This document shows positions 56,044 to 64,000 of a stretch of DNA of 64,000 bases, one piece after another. Position 1 is the stretch's first letter, and each line of letters begins with the position of its first letter. The stretch lies in the NCBI GenBank assembly GCA_044345405.1, contig JBIJBE010000003.1:1-64000 (forward strand). Direction: 5' to 3'. Under the pieces are notes generated by a model. The model was given only the letters and a program-made list of their open reading frames with translations, did no database searches and had not been told where the DNA came from. The position numbers and the translations under genes were made by a program. The DNA is from Bdellovibrionota bacterium (GTDB lineage: Bacteria > Bdellovibrionota_C > UBA2361 > OMII01).

Positions 56044-57439
56044 GAAAAACGCTCTTCTCTCATTCGCTTTGGTCGGAACCGCGCTTCTGTCGGGGTGTAT
56101 CTTTAAACCCGACTTTGAACGTCCCGTGGTCTTAGATGACGCTCCCTTTACAGAGGCGTCCCCAACCCAGGACACCCTCGCGAACCTTCCTTGGTGGGAG
56201 GTATTCAAGGACCCCCACCTTCAAGATCTTATCCGCCGTTCACTCATCGCTAATCGCGACCTCAAGATAGCCATGGCTCGAATCGATGAGGCGCGAGGGC
56301 TGCTCGGCATCGCTCGTCCAGACCAGTTCCCCCGACTCGATGTCGCTGGGAACGCCACCCGTGTGGATGGAAGTGACTTCGCCCTTATTCCTACCGACGC
56401 GACGAACGATTTCGGGCTCTACGCGCGACTTGGATTTGAAGTTGATGTGTGGGGAAGGTACGCGAGCGCGACTGAGTCGGCGCGGGCGCAACTTCTTTCG
56501 ACCGAGTACGCGATGCGCGCGGTAACCCTCTCGCTCGTGGCTCAGGTAGCGACAGCGTACCTCCAGTTGCAGAACGTCGATCGCCAGATCGATATATCCG
56601 AGCGCACCTTAAAGAATCGACACGATGCCACGGTGCTTAACGAGCAGCGGTTCAAGGGTGGCTACGTCGGACTGCTCGATGTGAACCAAGCGCAGATCCA
56701 AGAGGAGGAGGCCCGCGCCGCGCTGGTGGCGCTGAAGCGAGCGATGCGACTGATCGAGAACTCGCTGTGCGTACTATTAGGAGAGGTGCCGCACCCTATC
56801 AAGCGTGGTTCCTCCATGATTGACCCGATGTCGGTTACGGCACTGCCGGCCGGTGTTCCCGCCATGTTACTTGAGCGACGACCGGATGTGCAGTCCGCTG
56901 AAGAGAGCGCTCGCGCCGCGGTGATGCGAATCGGTGTCGCTCGAGCGCAGCAGTATCCAGCGTTTAGTATCACCGGCTTCTTGGGATTGAACTCCATTGA
57001 GCACAACGATCTCTTCAAAGGGGACTCCCGCACCTGGAATATCGGCGCTGGATTACTTGGCCCGCTCGTTGACCTCGGTAAGAGTTGGTCGAGGGTCGAT
57101 GTAGCTGAGGCGCAAGCGCAGCAGGCGCTTCAGTCGTATGAGCAATCGGTTCTTGTGGCTGTTCGTGATGTTGAGGACGCGCTCGTGAGTGTGCGTACCT
57201 TCAAGGATGAGAATAAGGTCCGAACCGCGCAGGTGAAAGCGGGGCGAAGCGCCTCGTTTCTCTCCCGTCGTCGATATATGGACGGTGTGACATCGTACCT
57301 TGAGGTTCTTGATACCGAGCGGTCGTTGTTTAACGCTGAGCTCGCTCAATCGAATACGCAGGAGCGATATCTCGGGTCTATGGTGCAGCTCTACAAGGCG
57401 CTCGGGGGTGGGTGGCAGGCTGAGGCTGTGGGGAAGTAG
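56036..57439 (+). CDS. RND outer-membrane factor lipoprotein (NodT/OprM family)
   Basis: Lipobox LSGC, WWEVFKD, LLERRPDV, LYKALGGGW. Confidence 0.95.
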   Translation: MGKKNALLSFALVGTALLSGCIFKPDFERPVVLDDAPFTEASPTQDTLANLPWWEVFKDPHLQDLIRRSLIANRDLKIAMARIDEARGLLGIARPDQFPRLDVAGNATRVDGSDFALIPTDATNDFGLYARLGFEVDVWGRYASATESARAQLLSTEYAMRAVTLSLVAQVATAYLQLQNVDRQIDISERTLKNRHDATVLNEQRFKGGYVGLLDVNQAQIQEEEARAALVALKRAMRLIENSLCVLLGEVPHPIKRGSSMIDPMSVTALPAGVPAMLLERRPDVQSAEESARAAVMRIGVARAQQYPAFSITGFLGLNSIEHNDLFKGDSRTWNIGAGLLGPLVDLGKSWSRVDVAEAQAQQALQSYEQSVLVAVRDVEDALVSVRTFKDENKVRTAQVKAGRSASFLSRRRYMDGVTSYLEVLDTERSLFNAELAQSNTQERYLGSMVQLYKALGGGWQAEAVGK

Positions 57440-57452
57440 GGGGCCGGTGCCC

Positions 57453-57511
57453 GGGAGGGCGACCAGGATCCCACTTCGCTACGCTACGAGGGACAAGCTG
57501 GTCGCCCTCCC
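57453..57511. repeat. REP-like palindrome with a 29-nt hairpin insert
   Basis: gggagggcgaccagga[tcccacttcgctacgctacgagggacaag]ctggtcgccctccc. Confidence 0.85.
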
Positions 57512-57574
57512 CTGGTGCTACCCTGCGCCCCCTCACACCACCGTCCCGGTGAGCTGACCTATACTCCTCTCCCT

Positions 57575-58135
57575 ATGCCATACCTCACCACCATCCGAAC
57601 TCTCGCCCTCTCGCTCGTAGCTGCGCTCATCATCGCAGCACCTAACGCCCACGCCGAGTCCGCCCACGAAATGCAGCGCTCCGCCCGCGAAGCGTTACAA
57701 GAGTTATATCGAACGACCCCCGGAGCCGCGGCGATCGGGGAGAAGGCCGCCGGTATCCTCGTGTTTCCCGAAATTATAAAAGGTGGCTTCGTTGTAGCGG
57801 CGCAGTACGGCAATGGGGTGCTCTTTAAACGGGGAGCGGTCGCTGGATATTACAACACGAGTTCGGCATCGTTTGGGTTTCAGGCTGGGATACAAAAGTT
57901 CGGGTACGCCCTCTTCTTCATGACAGAGGACGATCTACACTATTTGAATTCCTCTCAGGGATGGGAGATAGGAGCTCTGCCGAGCCTTACTATCGTTGAC
58001 ACCGGCATCGCCCGATCGCTTTCAACCACAACCCTTCAAAAAGGGATGTACGCCTTCTTCTTTAGTCAGAAGGGATTGATGGGAGGCCTTTCGCTCCAGG
58101 GAACCAAGATTACCCGCATCCATCCTGATACGTAA
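57575..58135 (+). CDS. Exported Ysc84/SYLF-domain protein
   Basis: Signal peptide AHA|E, GILVFP, YGNGVL, SFGFQAG, QKGLMGGLSLQGTKIT. Confidence 0.88.
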   Translation: MPYLTTIRTLALSLVAALIIAAPNAHAESAHEMQRSAREALQELYRTTPGAAAIGEKAAGILVFPEIIKGGFVVAAQYGNGVLFKRGAVAGYYNTSSASFGFQAGIQKFGYALFFMTEDDLHYLNSSQGWEIGALPSLTIVDTGIARSLSTTTLQKGMYAFFFSQKGLMGGLSLQGTKITRIHPDT

Positions 58136-58342
58136 TTGTTTTTCGTAGTGAGCGAAGCTGTCACTTTTAGCTCCGAACAGGCATGTCCGTCGAATACCTT
58201 GGTCTTTTGAGGGGCATTAGTCTTTGAGCCCCTGCTAGTATATCTTGTGTGTTGGTGAAGTAGAGGAAGGTTGTTGGTGGGTTATCCAGTGGGTCGTTGA
58301 GCGCGTTCGAGGCACGTTCAACCACCCATTGGGTGATTCACT

Positions 58343-58597
58343 ATGCAAAAAGAAACGAAACAAACACGGTGGTTCCACCTCCCTAAACCGAGGTGGAAAT
58401 GGATGGCAGCATGGCTTGGGCTTCAACCCTTCGCCGCGGCTCCATTGGTCCTGATGGTGATGAAATTGGGGCCTTTCAAGGAACCATTCATCGCTAACGG
58501 ACCGGTAGTTATGCCAGCTATGTTGTTGGCTGTAGCTCCGGTTATCCTCCTCATCCACGGCTCTGGGTTGCTCGATCCAGTGCCGAAGGATAAGTGA
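58343..58597 (+). CDS. Small two-TM hypothetical protein
   Basis: 84-aa ORF with two hydrophobic segments, filling an otherwise empty gap. Confidence 0.4.
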   Translation: MQKETKQTRWFHLPKPRWKWMAAWLGLQPFAAAPLVLMVMKLGPFKEPFIANGPVVMPAMLLAVAPVILLIHGSGLLDPVPKDK

Positions 58598-58724
58598 GGT
58601 GTCATGCGCCCCTGCTGTTGTCTTTCTTACGAAAGCACAGCAGGGGCCGTCGACACTTTTTAGGTTTTCTCGACGGTTGATTCTACTTCACCAACATTCT
58701 CTTTTCATTGTAGCCCGGAATAAG

Positions 58725-58875
58725 GGGAGGGCGACCGTCCCCGGTCGCCGAAAAAGCCACGTGTGTTTCAAGGTATTCGCCATTCGCAACACGGCTTGTG
58801 CCCCATAGCTTTAGCGACGGGGTACGGTCAGGATCCCCCTCCGCTAAAGCTACGGGGGACAAGCTGACCGCCCTC
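58725..58875. repeat. Inverted REP-like pair; the right copy carries two 30-nt hairpin inserts
   Basis: gggagggcgaccgtccccggtcgccg (58725-58750). Inserts at 58795-58824 (reverse) and 58834-58863 (forward). Confidence 0.85.
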
Positions 58876-58898
58876 GCAGATCCCGGGACGCGCAGCGG

Positions 58899-59936
58899 TC
58901 ACCCCCGCAACACCCCATCCGCCTCACGCAACAACGCCTCCGTACTCTCCCACGAGATGCACGCATCGGTGATCGAGACGCCATAGCGAAGGTCTCCCTT
59001 CTCAAGGTCCTGGCGTCCTTCATGGAGGTTGCTCTCGAGCATCCATCCCACGACCGGAGAGTCTCCGGCTTGAATCTGCCCTAAGATATCCTTGAACACC
59101 GCTGGTTGGCGGTTGTGATCCTTGTTTGAGTTGCCGTGACTGCAATCAACTATGATGTTCGGTGTGACGCCGTGCTTCGCCATCAGGCTCGCCGCTGACG
59201 CCACGCTCTCTGCATCGTAGTTTGGAGCCTTACTTCCTCGAAGTACGATATGGCCGTACCTGTTCCCTCGAGTTTGTACCACTGAGCACTGACCGTGCTG
59301 GTTAATACCGAGAAAACGGTGAGGATGAGCGGCTGACATGATGCCGTTTATCGCGATGAGGACGTTTCCATCCGTTCCGTTCTTGAACCCGACAGGGGAG
59401 GAGAGGCCACTCGCCATCTCACGGTGGGTCTGGCTCTCAACGGTGCGGGCTCCGATCGCGGTCCAGGTGATGAGGTCACCGATGTACTGCGGAACGATCG
59501 GATCGAGCGCCTCGGTCGCTATCGGAAGGCCCACCTCAGCGACGGACATGAGGAGTCGTCGGGCCACGAAGAGCCCCTCTTCAACGTGAAAAGAGTCATC
59601 GAGTCGTGGATCGTTAATCAGCCCCTTCCATCCGGTTGTTGTGCGGGGTTTTTCGAAGTACACGCGCATGACGACGTACATCGTGTCTTTGACCTGATCC
59701 GCGAGAACCTTGAGGCGCTTCGCGTACTCAAGGGTCGCCTCTGGATCGTACGCCGCGCATGGTCCGACGATGACGAGCTTTCGGTTATCCTTTCGGTCGA
59801 GGATCGCCTCGACGATTCGTCGGGATTCGGTGATCTGGTCTTCTAGGATCTCTGGTAAGGGTAGGACCGCCTTTACCGCGGCTGGCGTAGGCAAGGTATC
59901 GACTGACTCGACGTGAAGATTCTCTGTGGTAACCAT
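58899..59936 (-). CDS. aroG: DAHP synthase, class I-alpha (AroF/G/H family)
   Basis: IVGPC, MRVYFEKPRTTTGWKGL, IGART, GFKNGT, DCSHGNS, YGVSITDAC. Feedback specificity cannot be determined from sequence. Confidence 0.95.
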   Translation of the reverse strand: MVTTENLHVESVDTLPTPAAVKAVLPLPEILEDQITESRRIVEAILDRKDNRKLVIVGPCAAYDPEATLEYAKRLKVLADQVKDTMYVVMRVYFEKPRTTTGWKGLINDPRLDDSFHVEEGLFVARRLLMSVAEVGLPIATEALDPIVPQYIGDLITWTAIGARTVESQTHREMASGLSSPVGFKNGTDGNVLIAINGIMSAAHPHRFLGINQHGQCSVVQTRGNRYGHIVLRGSKAPNYDAESVASAASLMAKHGVTPNIIVDCSHGNSNKDHNRQPAVFKDILGQIQAGDSPVVGWMLESNLHEGRQDLEKGDLRYGVSITDACISWESTEALLREADGVLRG

Positions 59937-59999
59937 ACAACTTGGCCTCTCTGGGGGAGGATGAAGGGAACAATAACGATGTGAAGGAATGAACGATTT

Positions 60000-60059
60000 T
60001 TACCCGCGGAGCGGGAAATAAAAAAAGAAGCTGACGTAGGATCGCCAAGTGCGGTTCAT
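60000..60059 (-). CDS. Aromatic amino acid leader peptide MNRTWRSYVSFFFYFPLRG
   Basis: 19 codons containing 1 Trp, 2 Tyr and 4 Phe. Ends 63 nt upstream of the DAHP synthase start. Confidence 0.85.
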   Translation of the reverse strand: MNRTWRSYVSFFFYFPLRG

Positions 60060-60065
60060 GCAGCC

Positions 60066-60094
60066 AGGCTACGGGGGCCGAGCTCGGAAGTCAA
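60066..60094 (-). promoter_or_regulatory. Sigma-70 promoter for the leader peptide and DAHP synthase
   Basis: Minus strand reads TTGACT-N17-TAGCCT, 6 nt before the leader ATG. Confidence 0.7.
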
Positions 60095-60144
60095 CAGCAA
60101 AGATGTTAGAGGATGCAAAACCCTAACACGTCCCTCGCTATCCC

Positions 60145-61587
60145 TTAGTTGATTGAGTTAGTAGCTCCCGACTCGCCGCCATGAACCCTCAGACCGAGCG
60201 GTTTCGTTTGGCCGTTTAAAAGTCGTTGCGCCTCGCTCTCGGTCCACTGCTTCGTTTGAGAGAAGTAGTGCGCCATGATGTTTTCAGGGGTGCTTCTATT
60301 CATCAAGATATTGCGCACCGCGAAAACCAGGGGAGCGGATGCTTCGCTGGTCGTGTTGTTTTGAATCCGTCGTGCCATCGCGTGAGCAGCGAATACCCCC
60401 TCGGCGGTGAGAAGGTGCCCGTTTTCGTCAGGCTTTGTCAGAATGTCGTAGATATTCTCTCCCATCGCTAGCCGCATGCCAGCTTGAACGTTGCGGCTCG
60501 TGAGGCTATTTACGGTGAGATTCAGGTCATGGTTTCCGACCATCATGAGCTGAGCGCCTTTTCCTCCACCCTCCGATTTGACCAGATTCACGATCTCACG
60601 GCTCGCGAAGTGTACGAGGCGATGAAGCGTATGCGTGTCGAGACTAGCCTTGTGCTCTCCATGGCTAATGTCTACTCGCTTCGTTATGCGGAAGAGCCCA
60701 TCTGAGCCTACTTGAAGCGCCCCGTTTTTTCGCAGAATACCGAGAACGATACCACCGGCGAACGCCGCTACGTTCTTCATGGACGCCGCAAGTTCGAGGG
60801 CTGTGGGATTATTGTAGATCTCAAGGTTCTTGTCGCCGCTCATGCCACTGAAAACGAAGAACGCCTTAGCGACCGCGTCGGTGGCGTGAGGACTGCGGTT
60901 TTTAGCGCCGCCGAGCGTGAGTCCGAGGTATGCTCCGTCCTTGACGTCCTTGGCGAAGCCCGGACCGCCGACGAACACGAGGTTGTCCTTGACCTCACTC
61001 CACTGTGGGTGTTGTCGGATGTATTCAAGCGGGGTAAGGGCTCGAGAACCCTCCGGAGGTCCCTCACGGAGCGATTTCTCTGAGGAAAGGGGATCCCAGT
61101 CCGGCACGATAAGCCCCTTGGCGAAGCTTATAACGACGCTCTCTTTGTGCGGCCGGATCTGTGAGAGTACGTTTGGAAACGCGTTGGAGGGAACGGCCAA
61201 CATAATAATACCGCGACCATCGAGCGCTTTTGAGAGGTCGTTGGTGACCATGTCACTCGTAGGATGTGACTCTGATTTGCGGGCCCATGGAAGGACGTCG
61301 AAGCTTTCGGCAAGGCGGTGATGGAGGGCTTCTCCGTACACTCCATAGCCTACCATGGCGATCTTTGAGTGGAACTCAGCTCGCTGCCCTGGGCTAAGTT
61401 GCCCCTGGAAGTTTGTAACCGGTGTATCAATGTCGATTGACCGGAGGGATCCTCTTGGAGAAAAGGTGGTGTTGAGGCCGGGTACCTCCGCTGCTGAGAG
61501 GTCTTGGCGTTGGCCTGGTTGTGCTGTTCGATCGTCAGACACGCGATACTCCTTGAAAATCTCGTGACTCGACCCAAAAGGTATCAA
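60145..61587 (-). CDS. gpsA: Divergent NAD(P)H-dependent glycerol-3-phosphate dehydrogenase-like protein (start uncertain)
   Basis: GYGVYG, LAVPS, AKGL, GGPGFA, MKNV, DL..T..S..SRN, AEGV. Has N- and C-terminal extensions and internal insertions. Confidence 0.75.
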   Translation of the reverse strand: MIPFGSSHEIFKEYRVSDDRTAQPGQRQDLSAAEVPGLNTTFSPRGSLRSIDIDTPVTNFQGQLSPGQRAEFHSKIAMVGYGVYGEALHHRLAESFDVLPWARKSESHPTSDMVTNDLSKALDGRGIIMLAVPSNAFPNVLSQIRPHKESVVISFAKGLIVPDWDPLSSEKSLREGPPEGSRALTPLEYIRQHPQWSEVKDNLVFVGGPGFAKDVKDGAYLGLTLGGAKNRSPHATDAVAKAFFVFSGMSGDKNLEIYNNPTALELAASMKNVAAFAGGIVLGILRKNGALQVGSDGLFRITKRVDISHGEHKASLDTHTLHRLVHFASREIVNLVKSEGGGKGAQLMMVGNHDLNLTVNSLTSRNVQAGMRLAMGENIYDILTKPDENGHLLTAEGVFAAHAMARRIQNNTTSEASAPLVFAVRNILMNRSTPENIMAHYFSQTKQWTESEAQRLLNGQTKPLGLRVHGGESGATNSIN

Positions 61588-61857
61588 CTAAACAGACCTT
61601 TTGCATTCGAGATGGTGTTAATATTCTGTGAGGTCGTTGTGAGGCCAGGTTTGAGAGTAAGATTAACAAAAGATTAACGATCGACCGGTCCGAGGGACTG
61701 ACTTAGGTGCGGGTATTGGGTAAGATCCCCCCAACAATAACCGTAAGTACAATAGATTCATGAGTGGTATATGATTAGCGCAGTGTGTGCAGAAACGAAC
61801 TCTTCCAATCTAAAACGAACCGTTGATTCGGTTTCCCGTTCGACTCTCCTTTCCTCC

Positions 61858-63423
61858 ATGGCGAACGCGGGTGTCTACGACATGGTGGTCGTCGGCGGTG
61901 GTATCCACGGAGCCGCAGTCGCCCGACTCGCCGCTGGCTACGGATTTAAAACAGCTCTTCTGGAAAAGCATGATTACGCCGCCGCTACCTCAAGCCGAAG
62001 CTCCAAGATGGCGCACGGTGGCCTTCGCTACCTTGAGCTTATGGACTTCGAGCAGGTCTTTGAGGGGATTAAGGCTCGTGAAGAGATGTTTGATCATGTC
62101 GGCAACCTCGTGAAGCCGGCCGAGTTCCTCATCCCAGTTCCGAGAGGGGCGTGGTTCTTCAAGCTCAAATTGGGGATCGGACTCTTCCTCTACGACCTTA
62201 TGGTTAGTAAGGGTAATCGGCGTCATCGATGGATACCTCGCTCGAAGCTTACCTTCCCAGGATTCCACAGCGGTAGAGAGGACCTCATGGGGTGCTTCGT
62301 CTACACAGATGGCATCATGAGTGACGCTCGTCTCGTTATCGACAACGTGATCGGGGCGCGTCGGTACGGAGCCGCTTGTCTCAATTACTGTGAAGTAAAA
62401 TCCATGACTCGGGACGAGTCGGGTATCTCGGAGGTAACGGCGGTCGATACCAAGAGTGGTAAGGAGATTAAGCTGAAAGCTCGCCTGGTGGTGAATTGCA
62501 CAGGGCCTTGGGCCTCAACGTTAGCGACCACCCTCGGTGCGGAATCCCGTCCTCTTAAATTTAGCCGCGGTTCTCACATTATATTCAATAAGCCGTGGAC
62601 GGGCCCAAGTCTCTTCCTTCCAATGCCAGGAAAGGCTCGGTACTACTTCGTATGGCCGCATCATGCGGGCACGATGGTAGGGACGACTGAGCGTGAGGTT
62701 TCCTCCGTTGAACTTGATCCCCTTCCTTCCAAGGATGAGATTGAGGAGATCTTTGGTCGTCTTGAGAAGGATATTCCCGACGCGGGGCTCAACCGGGAAA
62801 GCGCTTGTTACGCATTCGCTGGTATTCGAACCCTTCCGATTCGTGGAAAGGACGCTAACTCCACAGTGCTCTCCAGAAAGCATATCTGGACTCATGTTAA
62901 TGGTGTTCTTACCTTGTTAGGAGGCAAATACACCACCGCTTCTTGGACCGCGCTTGAGGGTGTAAAGGAGGCCGCGCAGATTTTGGGCAAGCCGATCTCG
63001 GCGGACGCTCTCAAGAGTCGCGTCGATCTCAAAGAACTCCCCGGCAGCGCGACCGATGTTGAGTGTGAGGAGCTTCAACGTTCGCTCGCGACTCATGGCG
63101 TGTCCATCGAATCACAAAACCGACTTATGGGGCGGTATGGTAAGCGGCTCGGCGATAACTATCTCGAGGCGGTGGAAGCTTCTCAAGAGAAATTGATCGA
63201 GCTTGAAACGATGATCGCGCTCGATACCGAGCAGGTCGAGAGCCTTGAGGATCTCATGCGTCGACGACTTGAGCTTGAGTATACCGAGGGGCATGGAGAG
63301 AAGTATCTCCCCATCATCGGCGAGGTATTTAAGCGCGTCCGACCTGACATTGATTTCGAGAAAGAGAGCGCCGCCTATATCGCTCGAATGAAAGCGGTTC
63401 GATCGCTCCTTGGAAAAGCGTAG
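61858..63423 (+). CDS. glpD: FAD-dependent glycerol-3-phosphate dehydrogenase/oxidase
   Basis: VVGGGIHG, TSSRSSKMAHGGLRYLE, DARL, VNCTGPW, GTTE, GGKYTT. Confidence 0.92.
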   Translation: MANAGVYDMVVVGGGIHGAAVARLAAGYGFKTALLEKHDYAAATSSRSSKMAHGGLRYLELMDFEQVFEGIKAREEMFDHVGNLVKPAEFLIPVPRGAWFFKLKLGIGLFLYDLMVSKGNRRHRWIPRSKLTFPGFHSGREDLMGCFVYTDGIMSDARLVIDNVIGARRYGAACLNYCEVKSMTRDESGISEVTAVDTKSGKEIKLKARLVVNCTGPWASTLATTLGAESRPLKFSRGSHIIFNKPWTGPSLFLPMPGKARYYFVWPHHAGTMVGTTEREVSSVELDPLPSKDEIEEIFGRLEKDIPDAGLNRESACYAFAGIRTLPIRGKDANSTVLSRKHIWTHVNGVLTLLGGKYTTASWTALEGVKEAAQILGKPISADALKSRVDLKELPGSATDVECEELQRSLATHGVSIESQNRLMGRYGKRLGDNYLEAVEASQEKLIELETMIALDTEQVESLEDLMRRRLELEYTEGHGEKYLPIIGEVFKRVRPDIDFEKESAAYIARMKAVRSLLGKA

Positions 63424-63796
63424 CGGATTGACTCCTAAAGAACGGTCGTGAGGTTCTCTGCGGGGAGGGGATGAATGATGATTCCTCTCCGTCGCTGAGT
63501 AGCCGTTGGCTGCTCCTAAAAGTACCGCGTAGCCGACACTCTCTCGTGTCGGTTTGGGTTGCAATTGGGACGTAGTAGTCACTACCGATACCGCGTCGCG
63601 TAGCCCTATGCTACCGTGCGTTTATTAAACCCAAAACTAACAGTGCCGGTTTGAGTATGATCGGCTTGCTCTGATACCGTGTGCAAACTTCATGAATTCC
63701 GGTCGGGATTCAGATTGTTGTTCGAATGAAGTTTGCGAGATTGACATGAAGATTGGGCAGCCAGGCCGGGCACCGGCAACAGATGCTATAGGAGAT

Positions 63797-64000
63797 ATGA
63801 TGACACAAGGGACAGTAGCCCTCTCATCTCAAGGATGTAAACCTGAAGTTACGACTGATGTAGCACCCATCTTGGAGAAAAAAGCTTTTCTCTTCGATTT
63901 TGACGGGACAGTGTGGATGGGCGGCACCATGATTCCCGGAGTCGCTGAGACGATCAAAGAGCTTCGCCAAGCGGGGAAGCAACCTATTTACCTCACCAAT
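63797..64000 (+). CDS. HAD-IIA (NagD-like) hydrolase, 3'-partial
   Basis: My translation: MMTQG...AFLFDFDGTVWMGGTMIPGVAETIKELRQAGKQPIYLTN, running off the edge. AGGAG SD present. Confidence 0.85.
   Translation, partial: MMTQGTVALSSQGCKPEVTTDVAPILEKKAFLFDFDGTVWMGGTMIPGVAETIKELRQAGKQPIYLTN

Noticed and set aside
51703-57439. RND efflux triad as a novel system
   Set aside because: It is a canonical MFP-RND-OMF operon with standard motifs.

Overview
A 64-kb, moderately GC-rich chromosomal segment of a diderm bacterium. Gene content suggests a Bdellovibrionota- or deltaproteobacteria-like lineage, which is an inference. Housekeeping genes include hemA (5'-partial), msrBA, queF, type-2 ileS, bioB, hemB, bcp, clsB-ybhP, dapC-dapD-dapE, DAHP synthase, gpsA-like, glpD and an RND efflux triad. 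Accessory content includes a Tad-type pseudopilin/VWA trio, a partial non-flagellar type III secretion cluster led by a sigma-28-like gene, and glycosyl/methyltransferases. No rRNA, tRNA, CRISPR array or transposase was recognised. Main highlights: (1) the sigma28-sctJ-sctQ-sctF-sctV cluster with matching candidate promoters; (2) a receiver-domain-LpxC fusion divergent from an HDOD protein and a PAS histidine kinase; (3) an unannotated, apparently leaderless Trp/Tyr/Phe-rich leader peptide upstream of DAHP synthase; (4) a Cys/RSPP uORF upstream of a His-rich beta-barrel; (5) a REP-like palindrome family repeatedly invaded by a second 29-30 nt hairpin element; (6) a DUF2322-DapD fusion and a peroxiredoxin with a histone-H1-like tail. 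All calls come from motif reading by eye; no database searches were run.
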